64,000 nt of DNA from Hydrurus foetidus (Eukaryota). A program made the position numbers and the translations under genes. Where the stretch lies: positions 248,001 to 312,000 of the forward strand of contig UYFQ01000023.1 in NCBI GenBank assembly GCA_900617105.1, written 5' to 3'. The notes below the pieces were generated by a model that ran no database searches, was not told where the DNA came from, and worked only from the letters and a program-made list of their open reading frames with translations. Below are positions 1 to 11,267 of this stretch, in pieces. Within the stretch, counting starts at the first letter, position 1; the number at the start of each line of letters is the position of its first letter.

Positions 1-296
1 AAAGCGTGGGCTTGATTACCGATGGCCGCTTCTCCGGCGGCACCTGGGGCATGGTGGTAGGCCACGTCGCCCCCGAAGCCGCTGCGGGCGGGTTGATTGC
101 GCTCATCCACGAGAACGACAGCATCACCATTGACGCCCGCCAGTTGTTGCTGGAATTGAACGTGCCCGAGGCTGAAATCGCCATCCGCCGTGCAGGCTGG
201 ACAGCGCCTAAGCCACGCTACACCCGTGGTGTGCAGGCCAAGTTCGCGTTCAATGCATCGAGTGCCAGCAAAGGCGCGGTGCTTGACGACTATTGA
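1..296 (+). CDS. ilvD: dihydroxy-acid dehydratase, C-terminal part (truncated by window edge)
   Basis: [10 protein letters not shown]...VVGHVAPEA signature of the IlvD/Edd family; the ORF runs off the 5' edge. Confidence 0.93.
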   Translation, partial: SVGLITDGRFSGGTWGMVVGHVAPEAAAGGLIALIHENDSITIDARQLLLELNVPEAEIAIRRAGWTAPKPRYTRGVQAKFAFNASSASKGAVLDDY

Positions 297-332
297 ACGG
301 GGAAGCAAGGATGACGGCTGCCCCCGCTGACT

Positions 333-572
333 TTATTTGCGGGGGCGCTTGATTCCCAAAGCTTCACGGCTTCTGTCAACGCGGGCTTTTTTGATCTTGT
401 CCAAGCGCTCCATGGCGCGGCGCTTGGTGTAGCCCGACCAATCGGCCCAGCTCCACCACAGCACGGCCAAACCGAAAGGCACGAGCACCTGCCACCATTC
501 CCAGATGGCAACAGGGCCGATTTCCAGGTATTTGAGTACCAGCAGCACGATGCCAAGACCTAAAAAGTACAT
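333..572 (-). CDS. small Trp-rich membrane protein (TIGR04438-like)
   Basis: ATG at 572; hydrophobic N-terminus, WEWW/WWSWADWSG motif, basic tail. Confidence 0.75.
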   Translation of the reverse strand: MYFLGLGIVLLVLKYLEIGPVAIWEWWQVLVPFGLAVLWWSWADWSGYTKRRAMERLDKIKKARVDRSREALGIKRPRK

Positions 573-722
573 ATCCAACTCCAAATTCACGTTGTTTTGT
601 TTTTAACAGCTCGCAGAGAATAACCGCGTCAGCAACAGGTCAACCGCACTGCCTACAATCACGTTGAACCCTTAAGCAGCACAGACCACTGTGCCCCAGC
701 ACAACAACCTCACGAGAAAATT

Positions 723-1037
723 ATGAAGCGTACCTTGTTAGCTTTGCTTGCTCTTTCCGCTGCCGTCGCAGCCACCACCCCTGCTTTTGCAGACCAAGCC
801 TTGGCGACAGCCAAAAACTGCATGGCCTGCCACGCTGTTGATAAAAAGCTGGTTGGCCCCGGCTACAAAGACGTTGCCGCTAAATACGCGGGCGACAAAG
901 GCGCAGTGGACAAACTCGCCGCCAAAATCATCGCCGGTGGTTCGGGCGTCTGGGGGCCAGTGCCCATGCCTGCCAATGCGCAAGTGAACCCCGCAGAAGC
1001 CAAAAAGCTCGCGGCTTGGGTGCTGAGCCTGAAGTAA
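723..1037 (+). CDS. class I c-type cytochrome (c551/c552-like)
   Basis: Signal peptide ending AFA, CMACH heme motif, distal Met in PMP. Confidence 0.93.
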   Translation: MKRTLLALLALSAAVAATTPAFADQALATAKNCMACHAVDKKLVGPGYKDVAAKYAGDKGAVDKLAAKIIAGGSGVWGPVPMPANAQVNPAEAKKLAAWVLSLK

Positions 1038-1100
1038 TTCAATACCTCAATACCTTCTGCGCTGTCGATTGGGCCATGCTGAACAGGCAGGCCTCGCCTG

Positions 1101-2651
1101 TCACAAGGTGTCCAATTGACTGCGCAGGGCATTGGCTTGGTTCTTGAACGCAGCGACGGCTTGAGGAGTCATCCGCTCTAGCTGACGGTACACCATGCCA
1201 ATGCGCGGATTTTTGGCGAGTTTTTCGCTGTGGCAGGCATGAAAATCCCAGTACAGCGCGTTAAATGGGCAAGCGCGTTCGCCTTCCCTTAATTTTTTGT
1301 CATAGTGGCAACCCTTGCAGTAGTCACTCATGCGGTCGATGTAGGCAGCGCTGGACACATAGGGCTTGGTAGCCAGCAAGCCACCGTCAGCAAACTGGCT
1401 CATACCTACTGTATTCGGCAATTCGACCCACTCAAAAGCGTCGATGTAAACCCCTAAATACCAGCGGTGCAACGCAAAAGGATCCAAACCTGCCAGGAGC
1501 GCAAAGTTGCCAATGACCATCAGGCGTTGAATATGGTGTGCATGGGCTTGTTCTAGAGACTGGCCAATCGCATGGGCCATACAGCGCATCTGGGTTTCAC
1601 CGGTCCAAAACCAACGGGGCAGCGGTTGGGTATGACCAAACACATTGCTGTGCTCATACGCAGGCATGTGAGCCCAGTAGAAGCCGCGCACATACTCACG
1701 CCATCCCAGAATCTGACGAATAAAACCTTCGGCGGCGGCCAACGGTGCCAACCCTGCCCGCCCAGCAGCCTCAACCCTGGCAACCACCTCTTGCGGGTTG
1801 ATCATCTTGGTGTTGAGCGAAAAAGACAGCAGGGAATGAAACAAGCGCCACCCCTTGCTGCTCATCGCGTCCTGAAAATCCCCAAAATGCGGCAATGCAT
1901 GCCGTACGAACGCATCCAGATGAAGCAGTGCCTCAGCACGGTTCAACGGCCATGCCAAGTTATCCGCATGGGGCGCACCAAAGCTCTTGACACCAGCGGC
2001 AACGATGGACTGCCACAGCGCAGTGTGATCGTGCAGAGTGCGGGCATCGGCGGGTTCGAAGGGAAAACCAGGCCAGGATTTTCGGTTCTCAGCATCAAAA
2101 TTCCATTTACCCCCCACGGGCTTGCCGGCCTCGTCTAGCAGCACACGATGGCGCGTACGCATGTGGCGATAAAAGGTTTCCATCAACCACTTTTGACGGC
2201 CCGCAAACAAGGCAGCGGCTTCACCCCGATCGGTGTAAAAGTGCTCACTGCTCACCATGTTGCAAGTCACCGCTTGACGGTGCGCGTTGCGTGCCAAGGC
2301 AGTGGCGTAATCTGCCAACTGCGCATCCAACCGCCATTCATCCGGTGCTTGGTACTCGAACGCGCTGGCTTGGTAATGAGCGATCAGCGCGTCCAAGTTA
2401 TCTGTGATCGAAGCTTGATTGACGGGATCGTCAATCGCGAGGTAATGCACCCGGTGCCCAGACTCACGCAAGCTGCGGGCAAAGTCACGTATGGCGGCAA
2501 AGATGGCGAGGATTTTTTGTGCGTGGTGCAGCACATAGTCCGTTTCTTGGCGCAGTTCCATCAGCACCACAACAACATCATTGCGCGGGGTGGTAAACCA
2601 GCTGTGCAAAACATTGAGCTGGTCGCCCAGCACGAGTCGAAGGGTTGTCAT
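1101..2651 (-). CDS. cryptochrome/photolyase family protein, FeS-BCP (PhrB-like 6-4 photolyase) type
   Basis: LVLGDQL N-terminus, [19 protein letters not shown], and Cys set (RC, YCKGC, ACPF) typical of FeS-BCP; ATG at 2651. Confidence 0.88.
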   Translation of the reverse strand: MTTLRLVLGDQLNVLHSWFTTPRNDVVVVLMELRQETDYVLHHAQKILAIFAAIRDFARSLRESGHRVHYLAIDDPVNQASITDNLDALIAHYQASAFEYQAPDEWRLDAQLADYATALARNAHRQAVTCNMVSSEHFYTDRGEAAALFAGRQKWLMETFYRHMRTRHRVLLDEAGKPVGGKWNFDAENRKSWPGFPFEPADARTLHDHTALWQSIVAAGVKSFGAPHADNLAWPLNRAEALLHLDAFVRHALPHFGDFQDAMSSKGWRLFHSLLSFSLNTKMINPQEVVARVEAAGRAGLAPLAAAEGFIRQILGWREYVRGFYWAHMPAYEHSNVFGHTQPLPRWFWTGETQMRCMAHAIGQSLEQAHAHHIQRLMVIGNFALLAGLDPFALHRWYLGVYIDAFEWVELPNTVGMSQFADGGLLATKPYVSSAAYIDRMSDYCKGCHYDKKLREGERACPFNALYWDFHACHSEKLAKNPRIGMVYRQLERMTPQAVAAFKNQANALRSQLDTL

Positions 2652-2797
2652 ACCGCGGTTTTTTGTGCGCTTCGGCAACGGTCTGAGCAGTACTTCACCT
2701 CATCCCACACCTTTTCCCACTTTTTACGCCATGTGAAAGGCAAGCCGCAGCGCGCACAGGCTTTGCTGGGGAGGTCAGATTTTTTACGCATACGCAT
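2648..2797 (-). CDS. DUF2256 domain small Cys protein
   Basis: [33 protein letters not shown] matches DUF2256 pattern; 4-bp overlap with downstream photolyase. Confidence 0.88.
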   Translation of the reverse strand: MRMRKKSDLPSKACARCGLPFTWRKKWEKVWDEVKYCSDRCRSAQKTAV

Positions 2798-2813
2798 TGA
2801 GGACAGTTCCTTT

Positions 2814-4373
2814 TCAAAATTCAAGATCCCGTTGCAAGCCTGCAACGTCAGCGTGCGTGCTGCTTTTCCGAGGATGAGATTTCTGCACCCGCTTACGCGA
2901 GGCGTGTTTTTCAACAACAGCAGCCTTGACTGCCTTCACTTCGGGTTGAGCCCGCAGTGCAAATAACCTCTGCCGGGCTTGACGCGTCGCCGCCTCCAGA
3001 TCCACCAAGGGCATGGGAATATCGCCCCCCACCGTCACGCCATAGCGCAGCTGCAAATCAGGAGGCATACGCCAAGGCTCGAACAGCCACGTATCAGGCA
3101 CGCGGCGCATGGCGGGCAACCAACGGCGTACAAAATGGCCTTGCGGGTCGTGGTCGTGGGCTTGTTTGATGGGGTTGTAAATGCGTGGGATGTTGATGCC
3201 CGTGGTGCCAGACTGCATTTGCATCTGGCTCCAGTGGATACCTGGCTCATAGTCCAAAAACTGTCGCGCCAACCACAGCCCCACAGGTCGCCAATGCAAC
3301 CACAGCGGGTAGGCAGCGACCGATACCAACATCGCCCGCATCCGAAAATTGATCCATCCGGTTTCCCGCAGCATGGCCACACATGCGTCTACCAGCGGCC
3401 AGCCAGTACGTCCGGCCATCAACGCCTCGAAATGCGCAGGATGAACCTCAAGCTCACGTAAGCCGTCATAGCCTCGGTGCAGATTACGGTATTCAAGCGC
3501 AGGTTCACTTTCCAGTTTTTGAATGAAATGGCAGTGCCAATAAAGGCGACTGGTGAAGGCTGCCAAGCCCTTCTTTTGGTAGCCAGCCTCGGGCGGCAAG
3601 CTGTCATGCTGTTGGCGAGTGGCTTGCACCACCTCGCGCAAACTCAAGCAACCGAACGCCAAATACGGTGACAAACGGGAACAAGCTGTGGGGGCAGACA
3701 AAGGCGATGAAATGCCGCCCCGGTACTGGTGGCTGCGCTCCACCAAGAAACTGTGCAGTACCGACAAGCCCAAACGCCGCCCACCGTGCTGGCGCTGTGG
3801 TGGCGCAAAACCACTCAAACCCAAATCCAAGGGCGCAGGAAACGACAGCGGTGCATCAAGCGCAACCCCAGGCAGCGAGAAAAACCGCAAATGAGGTAAA
3901 GCGGACGAAGGCAAACAGGGCTGTTTGACATGCGCTTCCCATTTCTTTTGCCATGCGTCCCGGGTTTTCAAGCGCCGAACAACGCCAAATTGCGCAAACT
4001 CAGTCCATGCAACACCGTGCGCTTGGCACCACTGCGCTACCGCCACATCACGGGCAAAGGTGATGCCGTTGCCTGTTTCCTCATGGGCATAGAGCGCATT
4101 GAACGCGGCCAGTGCAAACAGCCGTGCCAAAGTAAGCACCACTTCACCGGTTGCCACATGCAAACGCCCACCCCGCCTGTGCAGCGCGGAGTCCAGCTCA
4201 AGCAGGCTTTCTGTTAAAAATTGGTAATGTTGATTCGCGGCGTCAGGCTGTGCCCACACGCTCGGTTCGATCACATAAAGACACACCACTGGCCCACGCT
4301 GAGCCGCTGCGTAAAGCGCAGCATGGTCATGCAAGCGTAAATCACGCTTGAACCAAACAAGGCTGTAACCCAT
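2814..4373 (-). CDS. deoxyribodipyrimidine photolyase/cryptochrome family protein
   Basis: [13 protein letters not shown]-terminus, [35 protein letters not shown]-binding domain. Confidence 0.9.
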   Translation of the reverse strand: MGYSLVWFKRDLRLHDHAALYAAAQRGPVVCLYVIEPSVWAQPDAANQHYQFLTESLLELDSALHRRGGRLHVATGEVVLTLARLFALAAFNALYAHEETGNGITFARDVAVAQWCQAHGVAWTEFAQFGVVRRLKTRDAWQKKWEAHVKQPCLPSSALPHLRFFSLPGVALDAPLSFPAPLDLGLSGFAPPQRQHGGRRLGLSVLHSFLVERSHQYRGGISSPLSAPTACSRLSPYLAFGCLSLREVVQATRQQHDSLPPEAGYQKKGLAAFTSRLYWHCHFIQKLESEPALEYRNLHRGYDGLRELEVHPAHFEALMAGRTGWPLVDACVAMLRETGWINFRMRAMLVSVAAYPLWLHWRPVGLWLARQFLDYEPGIHWSQMQMQSGTTGINIPRIYNPIKQAHDHDPQGHFVRRWLPAMRRVPDTWLFEPWRMPPDLQLRYGVTVGGDIPMPLVDLEAATRQARQRLFALRAQPEVKAVKAAVVEKHASRKRVQKSHPRKSSTHADVAGLQRDLEF

Positions 4374-4536
4374 CTCTTAATGCCTGCACGCTGAGTCTGA
4401 CCGCCACAATAGGCTGAACAGCACTATACGGTGTGTGGCGATGACCCGCCCTGCTTCGGGTTACAGAAGCCACAGGAGGGGATGGGGCAAGCCGCACCCT
4501 ACGGCCCCCCATCATGCGGCTCAAAGGCAATGCAGA

Positions 4537-6525
4537 TCAGAGCTTTTCGGCCAGCTGCTCCAAGATGCCAGGATTCTCCAACGTAGAGGTGTCTTGCGTG
4601 ATCGCCTCGCCCTTGGCAATGCTGCGCAGCAAGCGGCGCATGATTTTGCCGCTGCGGGTTTTGGGCAGGTTGTCGCCAAAGCGGATGTCTTTGGGCTTGG
4701 CAATCGGGCCAATTTCTTTCGCCACCCAGTTGCGCAACTCGTTGGCAATCTGCTTAGCTTCTTCGCCGGTGGGGCGGCTGCGCTTGAGCACCACAAAGGC
4801 GCAAATCGCTTCACCCGTCAAATCATCGGGACGGCCCACAACTGCGGCTTCGGCCACCAAATCAGACTTGGCCACCAAGGCTGACTCAATCTCCATCGTG
4901 CCCATGCGGTGGCCAGAGACGTTCAACACATCGTCAATACGACCCGTGATGCGGAAATAGCCCCGGTCAGCGCTGCGTACCGCACCGTCGCCCGCCAAGT
5001 AGTAGCTGCCGCCCATTTCTTCAGGGAAGTAGCTCTTTTTGAAGCGCTCAGGGTCGTTCCAAATCGTGCGGATCATGCTGGGCCAAGGGCGTGTAACGAC
5101 CAACAGACCACCCGAGCCGTTTGGCACCGGGTTGCCCACTTCGTCAACGATCGCCGCCATGATGCCGGGCAGCGGCAAGGTGCAAGAACCAGGCACCAGC
5201 GGCGTCGCACCGGGCAGCGGGGTAATCATGTGGCCACCGGATTCGGTCTGCCAGAAGGTGTCCACAATCGGGCAGCGCTCGCCGCCCACATGCTTGTGGT
5301 ACCACATCCAGGCTTCAGGGTTGATCGGCTCACCCACGCTGCCCAAGAGGCGCAGGCTGCTCAAGTCAGAGCGTGCTGGGTGAACAGCGGCATCGCCCTC
5401 AGCGGCTTTAATCAGCGAACGAATGGCGGTAGGTGCCGTGTAAAAAATCGTGCATTTGTGCTTCTCGATCATTTGCCAGAAGCGGCCTGCATTCGGGAAG
5501 GTGGGGATGCCTTCAAAGATGATTTGCGTCGCGCCTGCAGCCAACGGGCCGTATGCCACGTAGGTGTGGCCGGTGATCCAACCAATATCGGCGGTGCACC
5601 AGAAGATGTCAGACGGCTGCAAATCAAACGTCCAATCCATCGTCATCTTGGCCCACAACAGGTAGCCACCAGTGCTGTGCTGCACTCCTTTGGGCTTGCC
5701 CGTGGAGCCGCTGGTGAACAAGATGAACAGCGGATGCTCAGCGCCTACAGACACCGGTGCGCAATCGCTGCTTTGCCCGGCCAGCGCGTCGGTGAACGTC
5801 ACGTCACGGCCAGCAACCATGTTGCACGCGGAGGCCGTGCGTTGGTAGACGAACACGGTTTTGATCGACTCGCAACCGCCCATCGCCAAGCCTTCGTCCA
5901 CGATGGCCTTCAGCGGCAACTCTTTACCTCCGCGCATTTGGTAGTTGCTGGTAATCACGGCCACAGCACCGGCATCAATGATGCGTTCGTTCAGCGCTTT
6001 GGCAGAGAAACCACCAAACACCACGCTGTGGATGGCACCGATGCGTGCGCAGGCCTGCATCGCAATCACGCCCTCGGTCGTCATGGGCATGTAGATCAGC
6101 ACGCGGTCGCCTTTTTGCACGCCTTGGGCTTTCAGGGCATTCGCAAACTGGCTGACACGACCCAGCAACTCTTTGTAGGTCACGCGCGTCACAGCACCAT
6201 CGTCTGCTTCAAAAATAATAGCGATTTTATTTTCAACCGGCGTGCCCATGTGGCGGTCAAGGCAGTTGGCGCTGGCGTTCAGCTCGCCGTCATCAAACCA
6301 CTTGTAGAACGGCACATTCGACTCGTCCAACGTACGGGTGAAAGGTTTCGTCCACTGCAAATTGGCACGGGCTTGGCGCGCCCAGAAACCTTCAAAATCT
6401 GTCTCGGCTTCTTTGCACAGCGCGTGGTAAGCGTCCATACCCGAAACACGGGCAGCTTTAGCAATGGCGTCAGAAGGTGGAAAAACGCGATTTTCGACCA
6501 GGGTGGATTCGATGGCGGTGCTCAT
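4537..6525 (-). CDS. acs: acetate--CoA ligase
   Basis: [36 protein letters not shown] at 6525 with GGAG RBS. Confidence 0.96.
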   Translation of the reverse strand: MSTAIESTLVENRVFPPSDAIAKAARVSGMDAYHALCKEAETDFEGFWARQARANLQWTKPFTRTLDESNVPFYKWFDDGELNASANCLDRHMGTPVENKIAIIFEADDGAVTRVTYKELLGRVSQFANALKAQGVQKGDRVLIYMPMTTEGVIAMQACARIGAIHSVVFGGFSAKALNERIIDAGAVAVITSNYQMRGGKELPLKAIVDEGLAMGGCESIKTVFVYQRTASACNMVAGRDVTFTDALAGQSSDCAPVSVGAEHPLFILFTSGSTGKPKGVQHSTGGYLLWAKMTMDWTFDLQPSDIFWCTADIGWITGHTYVAYGPLAAGATQIIFEGIPTFPNAGRFWQMIEKHKCTIFYTAPTAIRSLIKAAEGDAAVHPARSDLSSLRLLGSVGEPINPEAWMWYHKHVGGERCPIVDTFWQTESGGHMITPLPGATPLVPGSCTLPLPGIMAAIVDEVGNPVPNGSGGLLVVTRPWPSMIRTIWNDPERFKKSYFPEEMGGSYYLAGDGAVRSADRGYFRITGRIDDVLNVSGHRMGTMEIESALVAKSDLVAEAAVVGRPDDLTGEAICAFVVLKRSRPTGEEAKQIANELRNWVAKEIGPIAKPKDIRFGDNLPKTRSGKIMRRLLRSIAKGEAITQDTSTLENPGILEQLAEKL

Positions 6526-6674
6526 GGGGTTTTGTCTCCTAGATGCTTGAGTATTGATGATCAACTTGATACGTAATGTCCGGGTTTGCTCTTACAGGCG
6601 ACTGACTGACGGGAAACTTGCAGCCACGGCGAATACGCCACCAAACCGTCATCCCCGTTGCCTACAATTCATGC

Positions 6675-7301
6675 ATGTCAAAACCATCTACTACCCTCAC
6701 TGCACCTGCACAGTCCCACCCGCCCAGCACCACGCTGCGCCCTCTGCCCAGATTTATTTTTGCCAGTCGCTGGTTACAACTTCCGCTGTACCTCGGATTG
6801 ATCGTTGGGCAAATGGTGTATGTGATGCACTTCCTGCTTGAACTCACCCACTTGGTGGAAGCCGCCTTTGGCAGCCAAACTGCCCTGCAAGCGCTCATTA
6901 CCAGCATCGGCTACCGCACCGCAGCCCCCGTCACCACGCTGAACGAAACCGTCATCATGCTGGTCATACTGGCATTGATCGACGTGGTGATGATCTCCAA
7001 CCTGCTCATCATGGTGATCGTGGGCGGCTACGAAACTTTCGTCAGCCGCATGGATTTAGAAGGCCACCGCGACCAGCCCGAGTGGCTGAGCCATGTGAAT
7101 GCATCGGTGCTGAAAGTGAAACTCGCTACCGCCATCATCGGCATCAGCTCCATTCACCTGCTGAAAACTTTCATCAATGCCGATAACTACACCGACCGTG
7201 TGCTGATTGCACAAACGGTGATTCACATCACGTTTTTGCTCTCGGCGATAGCCATTGCTTACACGGACAAGCTGATGGTGCGTGAACCGGGCAGCCACTG
7301 A
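6675..7301 (+). CDS. YqhA/UPF0114 (TIGR00645) membrane protein
   Basis: [41 protein letters not shown]. Confidence 0.88.
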   Translation: MSKPSTTLTAPAQSHPPSTTLRPLPRFIFASRWLQLPLYLGLIVGQMVYVMHFLLELTHLVEAAFGSQTALQALITSIGYRTAAPVTTLNETVIMLVILALIDVVMISNLLIMVIVGGYETFVSRMDLEGHRDQPEWLSHVNASVLKVKLATAIIGISSIHLLKTFINADNYTDRVLIAQTVIHITFLLSAIAIAYTDKLMVREPGSH

Positions 7302-7335
7302 TCTGAAAACACGGGTACAGGCGTAAAATTTGCCC

Positions 7336-7659
7336 ATGCTTAACGCCCTGGATACACCCATTTTCACCCCGCTCAGCACGCCCACGCTGAAGCACATGGC
7401 GAGCAAATACATCTGGTGGAAAACCTCAGATGAAGCGCTCGCCACGCCCTCACGGGTAGTGGCCCAAGTCATGAATATCGGCGACTATGCGGACGTTCAA
7501 CAACTCGCAAGCGAGGTGGGCGACGATGTACTGCGTGATGTGCTGACGCACGCCCAAGCCGGCCAATTTGGGGCACGGTCTTGGGTTTACTGGAACTACC
7601 GCTTAGGCCTTGCCAGCGTCGATAACGTCCCTCCCCTGCCTGCACGAAAGTTCGGTTGA
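7336..7659 (+). CDS. small protein, putative antitoxin partner of AbiEii-type toxin (DUF6922-like)
   Basis: KYIWW...VAQVMNIGDYAD...SWVYW pattern; TGATG stop/start coupling to the downstream nucleotidyltransferase. Confidence 0.65.
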   Translation: MLNALDTPIFTPLSTPTLKHMASKYIWWKTSDEALATPSRVVAQVMNIGDYADVQQLASEVGDDVLRDVLTHAQAGQFGARSWVYWNYRLGLASVDNVPPLPARKFG

Positions 7660-8339
7660 TGGCCGTTTTCAAACCCTGCTTTGACATTCTTCCCCTGGCG
7701 CAACAACGGCTCTGGCCTGAACTACGGCCCGCAGCGGGCTTAGGCTTTGCACTGTACGGCGGCACCGCCATTGCGCTGCGCTTAGGGCACAGGCCATCCG
7801 TAGATTTCGATTTTTTCTCGCAAGCTGCACTGGACAGGGATGCCATTCGCAGCGCCTTCCCTTTTTTGGCACAGTCCACAGTGCTGCAAGACGAAAAAAA
7901 CACCCTGACGGTGCTTGCGCCTTACGGTGAATCTGAGCGCACGCATGTCAAAGTTTCGTTCTTTGGCACGATTGCATTTGGCCGTGTAGGCACACCTGAC
8001 ATCACCGAGGATGGCGTACTGCACGTTGCCTCGTTGGACGATCTGATGGCGACCAAAGTCAAAGTCGTGCTGCAAAGGGCTGAGGCCAAGGATTACCGCG
8101 ACATTGCGGCGATGGTGGATGCAGGTGTCAGTTTGTCACGCGGTCTATCTGCCGCCCGCGAACTCTTTGGCCTCAACTTTCAGCCCAGTGAAAGTTTAAA
8201 AGCCATGGTGTACTTTGACGATGGCGACCTAGACACCTTGCATCGCAGCGAAAAAAACTGCCTCGTCAAAGCGGTCAGTGCTGTTCGGGATCTTCCCAAA
8301 GTAGATATTTTGAGCCATCAACTCACTGCAACCACCTAA
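7659..8339 (+). CDS. AbiEii/AbiGii family nucleotidyltransferase (putative toxin)
   Basis: LYGGTAIALRLGHRPSVDFDFF (GG..DxD motif) and C-terminal K...R...KDYRD motif. Confidence 0.88.
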   Translation: MAVFKPCFDILPLAQQRLWPELRPAAGLGFALYGGTAIALRLGHRPSVDFDFFSQAALDRDAIRSAFPFLAQSTVLQDEKNTLTVLAPYGESERTHVKVSFFGTIAFGRVGTPDITEDGVLHVASLDDLMATKVKVVLQRAEAKDYRDIAAMVDAGVSLSRGLSAARELFGLNFQPSESLKAMVYFDDGDLDTLHRSEKNCLVKAVSAVRDLPKVDILSHQLTATT

Positions 8340-9544
8340 CGCCCCGCCGTCTTCGTATCCACGGACGCATCGACGGGATAGCGCAACAACAGCAGCGTCC
8401 CCACCACACCGGAAATCACCGATCCGAGCAGCACGCCAATCTTCAGCTGCGTATCGAACGCGGCCCCCTGCCCTTCAAACGCCAGCGAACCGATGAAGAG
8501 GCTCATGGTGAAACCGATGCCGCACAGCACGCACACCCCCAGCATTTGCCCCCACACCGCGCCCGCAGGCAGCCGGGTGGCAGTAAAGCGAATCAGCAAC
8601 CACGCAGCACCGAGCACGCCAATGACTTTGCCAAAGACCAGCCCCGCAGCAATGCCCAGCGGCACGGTTTGAAGCAGCGTGGCCCATGTCACCCCTTGCA
8701 ACGAAACACCCGCGTTGGCAAAGGCGAACACGGGCAATACCGCGAACGCGACCCAAGGATGCAAGGCGTGTTCCGTGTCACGCAACGGCGAGCCACCCTC
8801 GGCATCTTTCAGTGGAATCGCCAACGCCGTCACCACCCCTGCCACCGTGGCGTGAACGCCCGACTTCAGCACGAACAACCACACCAGCAGGCCCACCAGC
8901 ACATACGGCATCATTGAGGTAACACGGCTGCGGTTCAGCGCCACCAGCACCGCCACACCACAGGCAGCCAAGCCCAGCATATTGACGTTCACATCGGCGG
9001 TGTAGAAAAACGCAATCACCACAATCGCACCCAGGTCGTCAATGATGGCGACTGCCGTCAAAAACACCTTGAGCGAATTCGGCACACGGCTGCCCAGCAG
9101 TACCAGCACGCCCAGCGCAAAGGCAATGTCGGTGGCTGCGGGTATGGCCCAGCCCCGAAGCGCTATCGAATCATGAGCATTGATAGCGCTGTAGATAAGC
9201 GCTGGCAGGGCCATACCCCCCAATGCCGCAGCGGCAGGCAGCATGATTTGCGAGCGGCTGGACAACTCGCCCTCCAGCAGCTCACGCTTGATTTCCAGCC
9301 CCACCAAAAAGAAAAACACAGCCATCCACAAATCGTTCACCCACACCAACAGCGGCTTGGACAGCACCAAAAACTCGCCCACCCGCAGCTCGCCGCGCAG
9401 GTTGACAAAGGCATCATAGCTCGCTGACCAAGGTGAATTGCTGAGAATGAGCGCCGCCAGCGCAGCCACAGCAAGCACGATGCCACCCGCAGATTGCGAG
9501 TTGATGAATTCTTGAACACTTGAACGGAACCGGTTAATAACCAT
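8336..9544 (-). CDS. nhaA: Na+/H+ antiporter NhaA
   Basis: WVNDLWMAVFFFLVGLEIKRE, PAATDIAFA, AIIDDLGA, GIGFTMSLFI. Confidence 0.96.
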   Translation of the reverse strand: MVINRFRSSVQEFINSQSAGGIVLAVAALAALILSNSPWSASYDAFVNLRGELRVGEFLVLSKPLLVWVNDLWMAVFFFLVGLEIKRELLEGELSSRSQIMLPAAAALGGMALPALIYSAINAHDSIALRGWAIPAATDIAFALGVLVLLGSRVPNSLKVFLTAVAIIDDLGAIVVIAFFYTADVNVNMLGLAACGVAVLVALNRSRVTSMMPYVLVGLLVWLFVLKSGVHATVAGVVTALAIPLKDAEGGSPLRDTEHALHPWVAFAVLPVFAFANAGVSLQGVTWATLLQTVPLGIAAGLVFGKVIGVLGAAWLLIRFTATRLPAGAVWGQMLGVCVLCGIGFTMSLFIGSLAFEGQGAAFDTQLKIGVLLGSVISGVVGTLLLLRYPVDASVDTKTAGR

Positions 9545-9705
9545 GGGACGCCTCTGCGCTTGAAGTACGCTAACGGGTGGGAAAACCCCATTGTGCAACA
9601 GCAGTAGCAGTGAATTTTCATGAGGTAAATCCACTCTCACTGACTGATTTCAGTACACTTGATCCCAATAACAAACTCACCCCACCAAGACTGCAGACTC
9701 CTACC

Positions 9706-11256
9706 ATGACCCACATCCGCCAAGCCGATCTGATCGAATCCGTCGCCGCCGCCTTGCAGTACATCAGCTACTACCACCCCGCTGACTACATCGCTCACCT
9801 CGCCCGCGCCTACGAGCGCGAGCAAAGCCCCGCCGCCAAAGACGCCATCGCGCAAATCCTGACCAACAGCAAGATGAGCGCCACCGGCCACCGCCCGATT
9901 TGCCAGGACACCGGCATCGTCAACGTGTTCCTGAAAGTCGGCATGGACGTGCGCTGGGACGGTTTTACTGGCTCGCTCGACGATGCCATCAACGAAGGCG
10001 TGCGCCAGGGCTATAACCACCCCGACAACACGCTGCGTGCCAGCGTGGTGGCCGATCCGCAGTTCGACCGTAAGAACACCAAAGACAACACCCCTGCCGT
10101 TATCTTCACCGAGATCGTGCCCGGCAATACGGTGGAAGTGACCGTGGCGGCCAAGGGCGGCGGCTCTGAGAACAAAAGCAAGATGGTCATGCTCAACCCC
10201 GGCGACAGCGTGGTCGATTGGGTGCTGAAAACCGTGCCCACGATGGGTGCGGGCTGGTGCCCTCCCGGCATGTTGGGCATAGGCATTGGCGGCACTGCCG
10301 AAAAAGCCGTGCTGATGGCCAAAGAAAGCCTGATGGACGACCTGGACATGTACGAGCTGCAAGCCAAATCCAGCAGCGGCGCGGCCCTCACCAAGACCGA
10401 AAACCTTCGCTTGGAACTGTTTGAGAAAGTCAACGCCTTAGGGATAGGCGCACAAGGCTTGGGCGGCTTGACCACCGTGCTGGACATCAAAATCAAGATG
10501 TACCCCACCCACGCCGCCAGCAAGCCCGTGGCGATGATCCCCAACTGCGCTGCCACCCGACACGCGCACTTTGTGATGGACGGCAGCGGCCCGGTCTACC
10601 TCACGCCCCCCAGTCTGGATTTGTGGCCCAACGTGAATTGGGCACCGGATTACGTCAAAAGCAAAAAAGTCAACCTCGACACCCTCACCAAAGCCGAGGT
10701 GGCCAGCTGGAAGCCCGGCGACACCCTGCTGCTGAACGGCAAAATGCTGACGGGCCGCGACGCTGCCCACAAACGCATCCAAGACATGCTGGCCAAGGGT
10801 GAAAAGCTGCCCGTGGACTTCACCAACCGCGCCATCTACTACGTCGGCCCGGTTGACCCGGTGCGCGACGAAGCCGTTGGCCCCGCTGGCCCCACCACCG
10901 CCACGCGCATGGACAGCTTCACCGAGATGATGCTGGCGCAAACTGGTCTCATCACCATGATCGGCAAGGCTGAGCGCGGCCCCGTCGCCATTGAAGCCAT
11001 CAAAAAGCACCAAAGCGCCTACCTTATGGCCGTGGGCGGCGCGGCGTATCTGGTGTCCAAAGCCATCAAAACCGCCAAAGTCGTGGGCTTTGCCGATTTG
11101 GGCATGGAAGCGATTTACGAGTTTGACGTGGTAGACATGCCTGTCACCGTGGCCGTAGACGCAGGCGGCACCAGCGCCCACATCACCGGGCCAGCGGAGT
11201 GGCAGAAAAAGATTGCCACGGGTGAGTTCAAGGGAATTGGTGTGAATGCGGGGTAA
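9706..11256 (+). CDS. fumA: class I (Fe-S) fumarate hydratase
   Basis: RPICQDTG, AKGGGSEN, GWCPPG, TGRDAAH, GPTTATRMD. Confidence 0.93.
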   Translation: MTHIRQADLIESVAAALQYISYYHPADYIAHLARAYEREQSPAAKDAIAQILTNSKMSATGHRPICQDTGIVNVFLKVGMDVRWDGFTGSLDDAINEGVRQGYNHPDNTLRASVVADPQFDRKNTKDNTPAVIFTEIVPGNTVEVTVAAKGGGSENKSKMVMLNPGDSVVDWVLKTVPTMGAGWCPPGMLGIGIGGTAEKAVLMAKESLMDDLDMYELQAKSSSGAALTKTENLRLELFEKVNALGIGAQGLGGLTTVLDIKIKMYPTHAASKPVAMIPNCAATRHAHFVMDGSGPVYLTPPSLDLWPNVNWAPDYVKSKKVNLDTLTKAEVASWKPGDTLLLNGKMLTGRDAAHKRIQDMLAKGEKLPVDFTNRAIYYVGPVDPVRDEAVGPAGPTTATRMDSFTEMMLAQTGLITMIGKAERGPVAIEAIKKHQSAYLMAVGGAAYLVSKAIKTAKVVGFADLGMEAIYEFDVVDMPVTVAVDAGGTSAHITGPAEWQKKIATGEFKGIGVNAG

Positions 11257-11267
11257 GTCCTAGAGCG

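Noticed and set aside
4909..6576. 555-aa ORF antisense to acs, and similar shadows at 27351-28547, 43965-45257 and 48152-49447
   Set aside because: Each fully overlaps a confidently identified gene on the other strand and has no domain signature.
9545..9705. nhaA-associated riboswitch motif
   Set aside because: No recognisable consensus by eye; an Rfam scan would be needed.
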